Of a DNA stretch of 64,000 nt, positions 1 to 12,150 are shown in pieces. The translations under genes and the position numbers were made by a program. Each line of letters begins with the position of its first letter. Position 1 is the stretch's first letter. Source of the DNA: an uncultured cyanobacterium (GTDB taxonomy: Bacteria; Cyanobacteriota; Cyanobacteriia; Cyanobacteriales; CAWCAG01); contig CAWDOD010000011.1 in the NCBI GenBank assembly GCA_963803805.1, forward strand, positions 352,001 through 416,000, written 5' to 3'. The notes beneath the pieces were generated by a model, which was not told the DNA's origin, ran no database searches, and saw only the letters and a list, made by a program, of their open reading frames with translations.

Positions 1-326
1 GTTAAACGGGGGCCTTTGTTTCCCGTTGGTTCTTTCATTACCTGTACTAGCACTTTTTGTTGAGGTGCAAGTAAGTCGGTTATTGTACCAGCACTTCTTC
101 TCAAGCGTAACGGGCCTAAATCTGTCACATGAATAAAGCCATTACGCTCGGCATCACCAATGTTGATAAAGGCCGCATCTATCCCTTGGATGACATTTTC
201 AACAATACCCAGATAAATATCACTAACTTGTTGTTTGCCCGTAGCAACCACAAGCTCTTGAATTTGATCCTCCCAAAAAACTGCAGCAACTTGATGTTGC
301 TCAGCGATAATTATTTGCTTTGGCAT
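1..326 (-). CDS. rne: Ribonuclease E/G, 5' part (runs off the window)
   Basis: Manual translation from ATG at 326 gives MPKQIIIAEQHQVAAVFWEDQIQELVVATG...DIYLGIVENVIQGIDAAFINIGDAERNGFIHVTDLGPLRL...QKVLVQVMKEPTGNKGPRL, the N-terminus and S1 domain of cyanobacterial RNase E. Not in the ORF track. Confidence 0.95.
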   Translation of the reverse strand, partial: MPKQIIIAEQHQVAAVFWEDQIQELVVATGKQQVSDIYLGIVENVIQGIDAAFINIGDAERNGFIHVTDLGPLRLRRSAGTITDLLAPQQKVLVQVMKEPTGNKGPRL

Positions 327-818
327 TCAATTTCCTCAAAACTTTTCGCAGGTTGAAAACACTTGATACACTGCGTCATTCAACTCGACTATTTAAAAAA
401 CTGTGCGAACAAATGGAGCTAGTTTCTCTCTAGAGATTGAAACGGAAAAATCCCTATAGTTACCGAAAGGAGACTCACCACAATTAGTAATTGAGCTGAT
501 TCAGGTTTATTGAGCAGCTTGATTAGCTGCTTTAAGGAACCAGCTTGGTAAGTGGTAGTCAGTAAGTTTGGACATACAACTTAGTATTTAGCACCAACAC
601 ACCTAGATACAGAAAGCTGATGGGCTTTGACTATCTGCTATTGGTTTTGATGCCGATACTTTACGCCTTTAACGGCAAGTTAAAGGAGGTTTAATCCGTA
701 ATTGTTCCTCATGGTTATTATACATTAGTTAAGCTGCTTTGGTTCAGTTAAAAGCCAAAAGTTAGAAGTTGTTGGCAAAGCTTTAAAGGCAACAGTGAAT
801 TTTCTTCCCATTTCCTCA

Positions 819-1973
819 TTAAACTACTTGACGTAGGGATTCAATTGTAGCGATCGCTTCTTGGGCTACTTTATCAATCTCTTCTGGGGTGGTGAAGCGG
901 CTAATACCAAATCTTAAAGAGGCGTAGGCTAAATCTTCCGGGCAGCCAAGGGCAGTTAAGACATGGGAAGGGGAAGTAGATGTCGAAGAACAAGCAGAAC
1001 CAGAAGAGAGGGCGACAATGGGCTGTAAGCCTAGTAACAAGGCAGAACCATCTACCCCTTCAATACTAAGGTTAAGGTTGCCAGCTAGACGTTGGGTAGG
1101 ATGTCCGTTGAGATGGATTCCTGGTAGTTTTTGCAGTTGCGATCGCAGTTTTTCTCGCAATTTTTTGAGGCGTTTGGTTTCTGATTCTAGTTCTGCTAAA
1201 CCTATTTCTATGGCTTTACCAAAACCGACGATTTGAGGAGTGTAAAGAGTCCCCGAACGCATTCCTCTTTCTTGCCCGCCCCCTTGAATTTGGGAAGCTA
1301 TTTTTACTCTGGGGTTACGCCTGCGAACATAAAGTGCGCCGATGCCCTTAGGCCCATATACTTTGTGGGCAGTTAAGGACATAATATCTATGTTCATCTC
1401 TTCGACATTCAAAGGGATTTTGGCTATCCCTTGTGCCGCGTCGGTATGAAATAATACTTTATGTTGGCGACAAATTTTACCAATAGCTTCTAAAGGTTGA
1501 ATTACGCCAATTTCATTGTTGGCTGCCATGATAGAAACTAAAATTGTCTCAGGACGAAGGTTTTTTTCTAGTTGAGTTAAATCAATTAAGCCGTCTTTTT
1601 GAACAGGGAGATAGGTTATTTCAAAACCTAGGTTTTCTAAATATTTACAAGGATCTAAAACTGCACGGTGTTCAGTTTGAAGAGTAATCATATGCCTACC
1701 TTGATTAAAATAGGCTTCAGCCACCCCTTTGATTGCTAAATTATTAGCTTCGGTAGCTCCGCTAGTAAAAACTATTTCTTCTGGACTACAATTAAGTGCC
1801 AAGGCGATAGTTTCTCTGGCTTTTTTTACTGCTGCTTCTGCTTCCCAACCATAGCTATGAGTAATGCTAGAAGGGTTGCCAAAATGTTCAGTAAAATAAG
1901 GTAACATTGCTGCTAAAACTCTTTTGTCAACTGGAGTTGTAGCATGGCAGTCTAGGTAAATTGGACGTTCCAC
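819..1973 (-). CDS. iscS: Cysteine desulfurase, IscS/NifS family
   Basis: IYLDCHATTP, FTSGATEANN, PLP lysine motif TAHKVYGPKG and catalytic SSGSACSS. Likely start is GTG at 1973. Confidence 0.93.
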   Translation of the reverse strand: MERPIYLDCHATTPVDKRVLAAMLPYFTEHFGNPSSITHSYGWEAEAAVKKARETIALALNCSPEEIVFTSGATEANNLAIKGVAEAYFNQGRHMITLQTEHRAVLDPCKYLENLGFEITYLPVQKDGLIDLTQLEKNLRPETILVSIMAANNEIGVIQPLEAIGKICRQHKVLFHTDAAQGIAKIPLNVEEMNIDIMSLTAHKVYGPKGIGALYVRRRNPRVKIASQIQGGGQERGMRSGTLYTPQIVGFGKAIEIGLAELESETKRLKKLREKLRSQLQKLPGIHLNGHPTQRLAGNLNLSIEGVDGSALLLGLQPIVALSSGSACSSTSTSPSHVLTALGCPEDLAYASLRFGISRFTTPEEIDKVAQEAIATIESLRQVV

Positions 1974-2094
1974 ATTAATTATCAATTATCAATTATCAAT
2001 TTAGCCTACAGCAAGGGGAGGCTATACAGTTTTAGAAGCGGTAAACTGAGCAAACAGACTTTTATCTCACTTTTGACTTTTGAATGAGTGACTT

Positions 2095-2577
2095 TTGACT
2101 TCAAAAAAATGTGCCATTGCTCTTGGTAGCAATTTGGGTGATTCACCCACTATCTTAAAAAACGCTTTACAAAGACTAAACCAGGTTCCTAACATAACCA
2201 TTAAAGCCTATTCTAACTGGTATTTAACTCCTGCGGTGGGTCCACCCCAACCAGATTATGTTAACGGTTGTGCCTTGCTAGAGGTAGGGTTAACCCCCCA
2301 AGAATTGTTGGCAACTATGTTAAGAATTGAAACAGAATTTGGTCGGGTGCGTCGAGAATATTGGGGACCACGTTTTCTTGACTTAGACTTGCTCTTATTT
2401 GAAGATTTAATCCTGGCAACGCCGAGTTTACAAGTACCTCATCCCTATTTGAGGCAAAGAGCTTTTGTTTTAGTCCCTTTAGCAGAAATTGCTCCTGATT
2501 GGGTAGATCCTGTATCGAAAAAAGCAATTAAGCAACTTCTAAAAGAGGTAGACTGTTCAGAAATTAAACTTTTGTAG
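2095..2577 (+). CDS. folK: 2-amino-4-hydroxy-6-hydroxymethyldihydropteridine diphosphokinase
   Basis: IALGSNLG, PQPDYVN, WGPRFLDLDLL and VPHP..QRAFVLVPL HPPK motifs. Confidence 0.95.
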   Translation: MTSKKCAIALGSNLGDSPTILKNALQRLNQVPNITIKAYSNWYLTPAVGPPQPDYVNGCALLEVGLTPQELLATMLRIETEFGRVRREYWGPRFLDLDLLLFEDLILATPSLQVPHPYLRQRAFVLVPLAEIAPDWVDPVSKKAIKQLLKEVDCSEIKLL

Positions 2578-2613
2578 CAAATTAATTTAGTTAAGGGTTT
2601 CAAGTATTAAATT

Positions 2614-3168
2614 ATGCAAGGTTACGAACCTCCACAAATTCTCAGACGACGTTTATTTTATCAAGGTCGCAAATTTAGTTTTGATGTGAATCACCTACGC
2701 TTACCGAATGGTGCGAAAGGAGACTGGGAATGTATTCGCCATCCTGGTGGTTCTTTGGCTGTTCCCATTACTCCTGAAGGTAAGTTAGTATTGGTTAAAC
2801 AATATCGTTTTGCTCTCCAAGGGAGAATTTTAGAATTCCCCGCAGGTACAGTAGAATCAGAAGAAAGTCCGGAAGAAACTATTAAAAGAGAACTTGAAGA
2901 AGAAACCGGATATCGCGCCCAAAATTGGCATTTTTTAGGTAAGTTTCCCCTCGCCCCTGGTTATTCTGATGAGTATATTTATGCTCACTTTGCTTCAGGC
3001 TTGGAGAAGCTAGAATCTCCTCCTCAACAAGATGTAGATGAAGATATTGAAGTTGTTTTATTAACTCCTGAAGAATTAGAGAAAGCTATTTTGGAAGGGG
3101 AATTTGTAGATGCTAAATCTATTTGTAGCTTTTTCTTGGCTCGTCCTTTTTTATCGACACAAAAATAG
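2614..3168 (+). CDS. NUDIX hydrolase (ADP-ribose pyrophosphatase-like)
   Basis: Nudix box GTVESEESPEETIKRELEEETGY, plus QYR..LEFPAG. Confidence 0.9.
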   Translation: MQGYEPPQILRRRLFYQGRKFSFDVNHLRLPNGAKGDWECIRHPGGSLAVPITPEGKLVLVKQYRFALQGRILEFPAGTVESEESPEETIKRELEEETGYRAQNWHFLGKFPLAPGYSDEYIYAHFASGLEKLESPPQQDVDEDIEVVLLTPEELEKAILEGEFVDAKSICSFFLARPFLSTQK

Positions 3169-3178
3169 TGAATTTTGT

Positions 3179-3550
3179 TTACAATTTAAGCTCAAGAGGT
3201 TGACAAAAATCCTCTATTCCTTGCTTAACTACATAAATAACTATGAGGGTGGTTAAAACTGCTGGACAAACTTTTTGTTCAATTAAATGTTTGACCATCA
3301 AACTAACATTATCATTGGTCAAATCTTCCCTAAATTCAGCTTGACAAACTACTGTACGACATCTTTTCGCCACCCCATCTAACCAATTAAGGCAATCAGG
3401 TTGCTGCCCCGCTTGAATCGCTAAAGCCAGTGCCGCATCTTCTAAGCTGCCTTCACAATCTTCTAGCATATCCAAAGCAACTAAAGCTTGAGGATAAGTT
3501 GCTAGTTGGTTACGATATTGGCTAATTTCTTTAAGGGTTAGAGTAATCAT
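3179..3550 (-). CDS. Hypothetical protein, cyanobacterial type
   Basis: 123-aa ORF with ATG start that fills the gap between neighbours. No recognised catalytic motif. Confidence 0.75.
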   Translation of the reverse strand: MITLTLKEISQYRNQLATYPQALVALDMLEDCEGSLEDAALALAIQAGQQPDCLNWLDGVAKRCRTVVCQAEFREDLTNDNVSLMVKHLIEQKVCPAVLTTLIVIYVVKQGIEDFCQPLELKL

Positions 3551-3605
3551 TTAGAGTTATCTTGGATAAATAGAAAAATACATAGCTTAGTTATTTATAT
3601 AGATT

Positions 3606-3887
3606 ATGTCAGAACCAATTACTCCACAAATCAGCGATCGCATCTGTAAGCATATGAACGAAGATCATGCTGAGGCGATTGTACTTTATGCCAAGGTTTT
3701 TGGTAGTAGCCCCGAAGCAGAAACAGCTCAGCTTAAGGCGATTGACCCCCAAGGTATGGATATAATAACTCAAATCAAGGGAGAATCTGTACCGGTGCGA
3801 GTAAGTTTTGATACTCCTCTCAAAGATGCAGAGGATGCCCACCATACTTTAATTGAAATGGTTAAGCAAGCCAGGAAACAGAAATAG
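3606..3887 (+). CDS. DUF2470 domain protein (heme-utilisation / GluTR-binding-like)
   Basis: RICKHMNEDHAEA...IDPQGMD...LIEM signature. Confidence 0.85.
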   Translation: MSEPITPQISDRICKHMNEDHAEAIVLYAKVFGSSPEAETAQLKAIDPQGMDIITQIKGESVPVRVSFDTPLKDAEDAHHTLIEMVKQARKQK

Positions 3888-4034
3888 TCTAATTATTTGA
3901 AACAAAATTACCCTGCCTATTTCCTAATCAGCGTAATTCGGTAATAACGAATAATTATTCCAGATTTCAGATTACTTCTCAGAATAAAGTAAAGACGTAC
4001 TGGCCTGCGTCGAGTCCTTATTTGTTGAGGAGTA

Positions 4035-5360
4035 ATGGAAAGACTACACCAGCCAGGAAATATTATTGCTGATCGCTACCGCATTGTTACTTTTTTGGGC
4101 AAAGGTACTTTCAGCAATACCTACGAAGCAGAAGACTTAACTAATCATAAATGCGTTGCCCTTAAAGCCGTCTCCTTAACTCAGATGGCAGATTGGCAGG
4201 TTTTAGATTTATTACAGCGAGAGGCGAAAGTTTTAGGGAATCTCAATCATCCGGCTATCCCTAGCTACTTGGACTATTTTACTTCAAATTTGCCTAAAGA
4301 TCGCTGTTTTTATTTGGTTCAGGAGTTGGTTAATGGGGAATCTCTTGCTAGTTTGGTTAATCAAGGTTGGCGGGCTGATGAAGAAGAAGTTAGAAGTATC
4401 GCCATCCAAGTTTTAGAAATTCTCAACTATCTTCACAACCTTACTCCTCCGGTAATTCATCGCGATATTAAACCACAAAATATTGTTCGCCGCAGGGATG
4501 GTAAAGTATTTCTCGTCGATTTCGGGGCAGTACAAGACGTTTACCGTAATACCTTAACCCGTGGCGGTACATTCGTTGGTACATTAGGTTATATGCCCCC
4601 AGAACAGTTCCGAGGTCAAGTTGGGGCAGCTTCTGATTTATATGGTGTTGGGGCAACTTTATTATTCTTATTAACTGGGCGATCGCCTGATGATTTCCCT
4701 CAACATCGCCTTAAGGTAGATTTTCGTCGTTGGGTTAAGGGTTCTTGGGAATTTATTAATTGGTTAGAAAAGCTTCTTGAACCTGCTATTGAAAATCGCT
4801 TTACCTCCGCAAAAGAAGCTTTAGAACATTTGGGGAAATTGCGCCTTACACCTCGTGCTTCTGCTTTAACTTACAGCAAACCATTAGGTACACAAATTGT
4901 TTTAACAAAAACTAATCGCCGAATAACTATTAAGCTTCCTCCCCCTAAAGGTTGGTTATTTTGGTTTGGCTTACTTTGGAATATATTTATTATTTTACTA
5001 ATTTTGAGTAGTTTGTTTGGTGGACTAGTTGCTTTTTTCATAACCTTGATTTTACTGGTTCCTTGGTTGTTTGTTGGTTGGTTAATTTTACAAACTGCTC
5101 TTACAACAACTTATTTAGAAGTTGACAAAAAGAATTTTTTTTTGCAATGGCAAATTGGTAAATTTGTGCCTCGCTCTATCCAAGGAAAGACAGCAGATAT
5201 TGAGCAAATAGAACTAGAAATCAAAAGAAGCAAACCAAGTCGTATAGTAACTTCCTGTCTTCTTTGGCAAGGAGTAAGAAAGTATCGCTTTGGTTCACAG
5301 CTACGTGAAGATAATGAATGGTTAGTAGCAGAATTGAATGATTTTTTAGGTAATGGGTAA
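4035..5360 (+). CDS. Membrane-anchored Ser/Thr protein kinase (Hanks type)
   Basis: VALK, HRDIKPQN, DFG, GTLGYMPPE, followed by two hydrophobic helices and a small C-terminal domain. Confidence 0.93.
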   Translation: MERLHQPGNIIADRYRIVTFLGKGTFSNTYEAEDLTNHKCVALKAVSLTQMADWQVLDLLQREAKVLGNLNHPAIPSYLDYFTSNLPKDRCFYLVQELVNGESLASLVNQGWRADEEEVRSIAIQVLEILNYLHNLTPPVIHRDIKPQNIVRRRDGKVFLVDFGAVQDVYRNTLTRGGTFVGTLGYMPPEQFRGQVGAASDLYGVGATLLFLLTGRSPDDFPQHRLKVDFRRWVKGSWEFINWLEKLLEPAIENRFTSAKEALEHLGKLRLTPRASALTYSKPLGTQIVLTKTNRRITIKLPPPKGWLFWFGLLWNIFIILLILSSLFGGLVAFFITLILLVPWLFVGWLILQTALTTTYLEVDKKNFFLQWQIGKFVPRSIQGKTADIEQIELEIKRSKPSRIVTSCLLWQGVRKYRFGSQLREDNEWLVAELNDFLGNG

Positions 5361-5377
5361 CAGCTTAATTAGGTGAT

Positions 5378-6757
5378 ATGGAAATATTACAACAAAAAGA
5401 TTTTTTGATTCATGACCGCTATCGCTTTAAAAAACTTCTAGGCGAGAATGCTTTTAATATCACTTATGAAGCCGAGGATATTATTAATAGCAAGCCCGTA
5501 GTTGTTAAAGCTTTATTTTTGGGAAAAATCAAAGATTGGAAAATATTAGAACTTTTTGAAAGGGAAGCTAAAATACTCGCTTCTCTCAATCATCCTGGCA
5601 TTCCTAAATATATCGATTACTTTTTTGAAGATACTGATACAGACCGCACTTTTTATTTGGTGCAAGAATTTATTCCCGGACAATCCTTAGCTACTTTAAT
5701 TACTCAAGGATGGCATGGAAACGAAATAGAAATCAAAGGGATTGTTCAACAAATACTTGAAATATTACAATATCTACAAAGTTATCAGCTTGCAGTAATT
5801 CATCGAGATATCAAACCGGATAACATTATTCGCCGCGACGATGGCAAAATTTTCTTAGTTGATTTTGGGGCTGTCAAAGAACGATATCGTCGTACCTTAA
5901 ACCGAGGCGATACCTTTGTTGGCACTTTTGGTTATATGTCTCCAGAACAAGCCCGAGGCAAAGCTTACTTTGCTTCTGATTTATATAGCTTAGGGGCAAC
6001 TATCCTTTTTCTGTTAACTCATCGTTCTCCTGATGAGTTGCCCCAGCAAAAAATGAGGATGAACTTTCGTTCTCAGGTAAATATTTCGGAACCATTTGCT
6101 AATTGGTTAGAGAAAATGCTCGAACCAATTGTAGAAGAAAGATTCACTTCAGCAAAGGAAGCCCTTAAATTCTTACAAAATAATCAAGAAAGTATCAATA
6201 TTTTACCCCTTACTCGACCTCAACCTAAGCATAGTCGCATTAAGTTAGTAAAAACTGATCAATATCTAAAAATTATCATTCCTCCTGCTAAATTGCGCAG
6301 AGGAAGTTGGAAAATACTCTTGTTGACTTTGAGTACTAATACTTTTACCCTTTTAAGCATTTGGGCTACTATCCACTGGCAACTACCGGTCTTTGTCTAT
6401 TTATTTTTGCTTGCTTTGTCTCTTACTTGTTTGGGTTCCTGGAGTATATTAACCTTCGCGATTGCTGCTTCTAGTTATCTAGAAATTGAGCCAAATAATT
6501 TTCGCTTAGGTTGGCGTTGCTTAATCTTCAATTACCATTTACAAGGAAAAACAGCTAATATAAAAAATGCCTCTTTGGAGATACAAACTAATCTTCACAG
6601 AAAGAAAAATATTTGCCCTGTCATTCAAGAAAACTTCAAAAAACACAAATTTTGTTGGGGAACTACAGTCATTGAAAAAACTTGGTTGGTAGCAGAAATA
6701 AAAGACTTTTTACTCAAAAGAAAACCTATGACCAGGAAACAAAGTCAATCAAACTAA
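5378..6757 (+). CDS. Membrane-anchored Ser/Thr protein kinase, paralog of the upstream gene
   Basis: VVVK, HRDIKPDN, DFG, GTFGYMSPE and the same 2-TM tail architecture. Confidence 0.92.
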   Translation: MEILQQKDFLIHDRYRFKKLLGENAFNITYEAEDIINSKPVVVKALFLGKIKDWKILELFEREAKILASLNHPGIPKYIDYFFEDTDTDRTFYLVQEFIPGQSLATLITQGWHGNEIEIKGIVQQILEILQYLQSYQLAVIHRDIKPDNIIRRDDGKIFLVDFGAVKERYRRTLNRGDTFVGTFGYMSPEQARGKAYFASDLYSLGATILFLLTHRSPDELPQQKMRMNFRSQVNISEPFANWLEKMLEPIVEERFTSAKEALKFLQNNQESINILPLTRPQPKHSRIKLVKTDQYLKIIIPPAKLRRGSWKILLLTLSTNTFTLLSIWATIHWQLPVFVYLFLLALSLTCLGSWSILTFAIAASSYLEIEPNNFRLGWRCLIFNYHLQGKTANIKNASLEIQTNLHRKKNICPVIQENFKKHKFCWGTTVIEKTWLVAEIKDFLLKRKPMTRKQSQSN

Positions 6758-6766
6758 CCTATCAAA

Positions 6767-7471
6767 ATGAACCAACCTCTTTATATTGCGATCGCCAATG
6801 AACTAAGAAGAAGAATTAATCACCAAACTTATGCAATTGGTCAGAAATTACCCACAGAAACTCAACTTGCAGAATACTTTCAGGTCAATCGCCATACTAT
6901 TAGAAAAGCAGTTAGCCTCTTGAAAAGAGAAGGATTATTGCGAGTGGGACAAGGGCGAGGAACTTTCGTTGCAGGTAATCCTATTAATTATCCTCTAATC
7001 AAACTTAACGACGAAACAAAAGCTTTAAAAAATCAAGGTAGACAAAGTAGTTTCAACTTGTTACAAGCAATTACAATTACTGCAAATATAGCAGTCGCTG
7101 AAATTTTGGGTTTATCCTTAGAAGAACCCGTCGCTTTAATTGAATACTTAACTTTAGCCGACGGTCAGCCCATTTGCGTTAGTAATAGTTATTTTTCCCT
7201 ACACCGCTTTCCTGATATTTTGCAACATTGTTATAAAGTTCCTTCTATTTCCTTATTGCTACAGCAAGTTTATGAGTGTGATCGTAACCATAAAACAACT
7301 CGAATTTCTACTAGTAAGGTCAAACCCCAAGATGCTAGATTACTAGAATTACCCCTCACCGACCCAATTTTGGTAGCTAAGTCGGTAAATGTAGACCATC
7401 AAGATACTGTTGTTGAGTATCAAATAACAAGGTGGCGAGGGGATTTAGTTGAATTAGTGTTGTCTTATTAG
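6767..7471 (+). CDS. GntR/HutC-family regulator with UTRA domain (PhnF-like)
   Basis: LPTETQLAEYFQVNRHTIRKA...GRGTFV winged HTH (VNRHT is typical of PhnF) and a C-terminal UTRA domain. Confidence 0.88.
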   Translation: MNQPLYIAIANELRRRINHQTYAIGQKLPTETQLAEYFQVNRHTIRKAVSLLKREGLLRVGQGRGTFVAGNPINYPLIKLNDETKALKNQGRQSSFNLLQAITITANIAVAEILGLSLEEPVALIEYLTLADGQPICVSNSYFSLHRFPDILQHCYKVPSISLLLQQVYECDRNHKTTRISTSKVKPQDARLLELPLTDPILVAKSVNVDHQDTVVEYQITRWRGDLVELVLSY

Positions 7472-7584
7472 GGGAAGAGATTAGGTAATAAGCATTGGTG
7501 ACAAGTTAAGCCAAAGCACAATCTGTCAAACCCCTGTGCTTAGAGAAAGGAGAAAGGTCGAGTCGGGGGTTTATCCCTCTTATT

Positions 7585-8451
7585 TCAAACTCCATTTTTT
7601 CCTACTACAACTTTTTGGGCAAATCTTAGTTTAGCAGAACGGGAACGGGGATTTTCTTCTACTTCTTCTGGTTGAGGGATAATTGGTTTTTTGGTGATTA
7701 CCTGCAATTGAGGAGAATCCCGAAAGCGATGTTTAACCAGGCGATCTTCTAAACTATGGAAACTAATAATACCGATTCTACCATTGGGTTTTAACCAGCC
7801 AGGGGCGTTATCGAGGAAAGTTTCTAAAGATTGTAATTCTTGGTTGACGGCGATGCGTAGGGCTTGGAAAACGCGAGTTGCTGGGTGAATTCTACCGTAG
7901 CGGTATTTTTTCGGGACAGTAGAGGCGATCGCCCTAGCAAGTTCCGTTGTCGTTTGGAAAGGGCGTTGTTCTACAATACGTCTGGCGATACGTCGAGATT
8001 TTCTTTCTTCACCATATTGGTAAAAGATGTCTGCTAAAGCTTTTTCTTGCCAATGATTAATAATTTCTGCTGCGGTTAAGGATTGGTTGCGGTCCATACG
8101 CATATCTAATTTAGCTTCATGACGAAAACTAAAACCTCTTTCTGGGATATCAAATTGCGCTGAACTAACCCCAAGATCAGCGATTATACCATCAAAAATC
8201 GGAGAACCGGGATTATATTTAGCAAAGTTTCCTTGCCAATAATCAATCTGTTTTTTGTATGTAGCTAAGTTAGTTGAACTGGCTTTAATTGCTTCATCAT
8301 CACGATCAATAGCCGTTAATTTCACATCCGGCGCAGTTTGCAAAATCAACTTACTATGTCCTCCCCTTCCTAAAGTAGCATCTAAATAATGCCCTCCGGC
8401 AGTAATATTTAATCCGGTAATTAATTCTTGAGGTAAAACAGATATGTGCAT
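7585..8451 (-). CDS. rsmH: 16S rRNA m4C1402 methyltransferase
   Basis: [39 protein letters not shown] and [10 protein letters not shown]. Confidence 0.97.
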   Translation of the reverse strand: MHISVLPQELITGLNITAGGHYLDATLGRGGHSKLILQTAPDVKLTAIDRDDEAIKASSTNLATYKKQIDYWQGNFAKYNPGSPIFDGIIADLGVSSAQFDIPERGFSFRHEAKLDMRMDRNQSLTAAEIINHWQEKALADIFYQYGEERKSRRIARRIVEQRPFQTTTELARAIASTVPKKYRYGRIHPATRVFQALRIAVNQELQSLETFLDNAPGWLKPNGRIGIISFHSLEDRLVKHRFRDSPQLQVITKKPIIPQPEEVEENPRSRSAKLRFAQKVVVGKNGV

Positions 8452-8787
8452 AAGCTATTAGCAGAAGTGTTGAAGGAGGAGGGTGTTACGGATAAAAATG
8501 GACACCCCTCTTATGCCACTTTCGGAGAACAAAAATCAATTCTGAATTCTAGGACTTTTATATAGTATGCGATCGCAACATTTTTTCCTAAAAATAAACA
8601 CAACCCTCTGCCAAATGACTGAAATTGTCTCTATTTTCCAATCTAACGAACCAGACATATTGCTATTTCTAGGTTATGGCGAGTGAGTTTGTTTTTTTCC
8701 TAATATTAATAACTTGACCTACTTTGTGGCATATTTTATAGAAAATTATTGATGATTGGGATAATTTTGCTTAAATATGGGTTTTGA

Positions 8788-10863
<2,076 letters not shown>

Positions 10864-10919
10864 TTAAGCTGTCCAACAGACCTTCTAGCAACAATCTTGC
10901 TGGCTTCTTATCTTAACAA

Positions 10920-11564
10920 TTAGCAATTAGCAAAATAAGGTTTAATCGCAAAATCTCCTAAAGTTAAAGTGTAACTTCTCTGTTTTTTTGTAGCAACGAA
11001 ATCAATAATAACTTCACAAGCAACTGCCACAGTTAACATCACTAAATTACGGGCTAAAGGATAGTCGCAGACATCATCATTAACATTAGAAGGAACTCGG
11101 TAAACATCATTCCAGATTACCTCTGCATAATCCTTTGCTAACCCCGTATGAAGACAGGACAAATTGTTTTCTTGACAGTAATCTTTAACTATTTGCCGCG
11201 CTACACTATTATCAAAAGCATCAATTACCAAACTACTATTCCCTAATAATTGCTTACAATTATCTACGGTCAATTCTTGGGAACGCCCATCTATAGTAAC
11301 CCCCAAGGCACGATATAAGCTATTAGTAACAATTTTAGCTTTATATGCACCCACGTCAGACTTATAATAAGGTTGAGTAGAAAGGTTGCGTTCTTCAATG
11401 CGATCGCGGTCTATTACTCGCAATTTACCACAAGCAGCACGAGCTAAATTTTCTGTTATATTAGCGCCCATTGCTCCTGCACCACAAATGGTAATGGCAA
11501 AGTCCTTAAGATTTACCATTAATTCAGGACTACGGTAAAGTTGTTCGTGGAAGAATAAAGACAT
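10920..11564 (-). CDS. ThiF/MoeB/E1-like adenylyltransferase
   Basis: ICGAGAMG nucleotide-binding loop, IDRDRIEERNLSTQ, KAK and DAFDN. Confidence 0.88.
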   Translation of the reverse strand: MSLFFHEQLYRSPELMVNLKDFAITICGAGAMGANITENLARAACGKLRVIDRDRIEERNLSTQPYYKSDVGAYKAKIVTNSLYRALGVTIDGRSQELTVDNCKQLLGNSSLVIDAFDNSVARQIVKDYCQENNLSCLHTGLAKDYAEVIWNDVYRVPSNVNDDVCDYPLARNLVMLTVAVACEVIIDFVATKKQRSYTLTLGDFAIKPYFANC

Positions 11565-11723
11565 CTTTTCAGTTATCAGTTGTTAATGTACAGCTTGCTT
11601 TTGCTGTTAAGCATCAGTTAAGTAGAGGTAATAGCAACTCTATTTTAAAGATCAGTCTCTCGGCTATCTTCTATTATTCTCATATAGGTTAAGCTGTTTC
11701 AACTTACAGCATTTTAACCAGAA

Positions 11724-11831
11724 ATGAATGACCAAGAAGCTTTCTTTTTCCTCCTCCGTCTCATTTTCAGTCTTTTTCTATTAGGAATTGTTGCAGGGGC
11801 AATTTTATGGTTACTTGTTTGGGCTTCTTAA
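11724..11831 (+). CDS. Putative 35-aa single-TM microprotein
   Basis: Manual translation MNDQEAFFFLLRLIFSLFLLGIVAGAILWLLVWAS*, lying in a 586-bp gap. Confidence 0.45.
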   Translation: MNDQEAFFFLLRLIFSLFLLGIVAGAILWLLVWAS

Positions 11832-12150
11832 TTGTTTTACTAATTGCTAATGGGAGAGGAAACATTCTTGCTTCTATTATTTTAATGATTTCCCTAAAGA
11901 ACATTGTGAGTGGTTAGTACATTTTTTTGAGACTTTCCAAATCATTTTTGCATTTTTTGCTGATAAGCTGATGTGCATTTAAACTGTGTATTACTCAGCT
12001 AGGAAATAAGCCCTAAGACCCTCCTCCGGTATGCCCCCTATCTCCCCATCAAACCTAATAGAGTGAATTTCTAAAATTGCCTGACAGCTTGGTTGAAGTT
12101 GAATTGATTAATTCTTTCGAATTTGGGTCAGCACGACGTAAAGAATACTT

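Noticed and set aside
129..356. 75-aa + strand ORF in the track
   Set aside because: It is the antisense shadow of the rne 5' end on the minus strand.
819..1985. iscS as part of a Dnd phosphorothioation or Isc operon
   Set aside because: No dnd or iscU/iscA genes are adjacent, and stand-alone IscS is normal in cyanobacteria.
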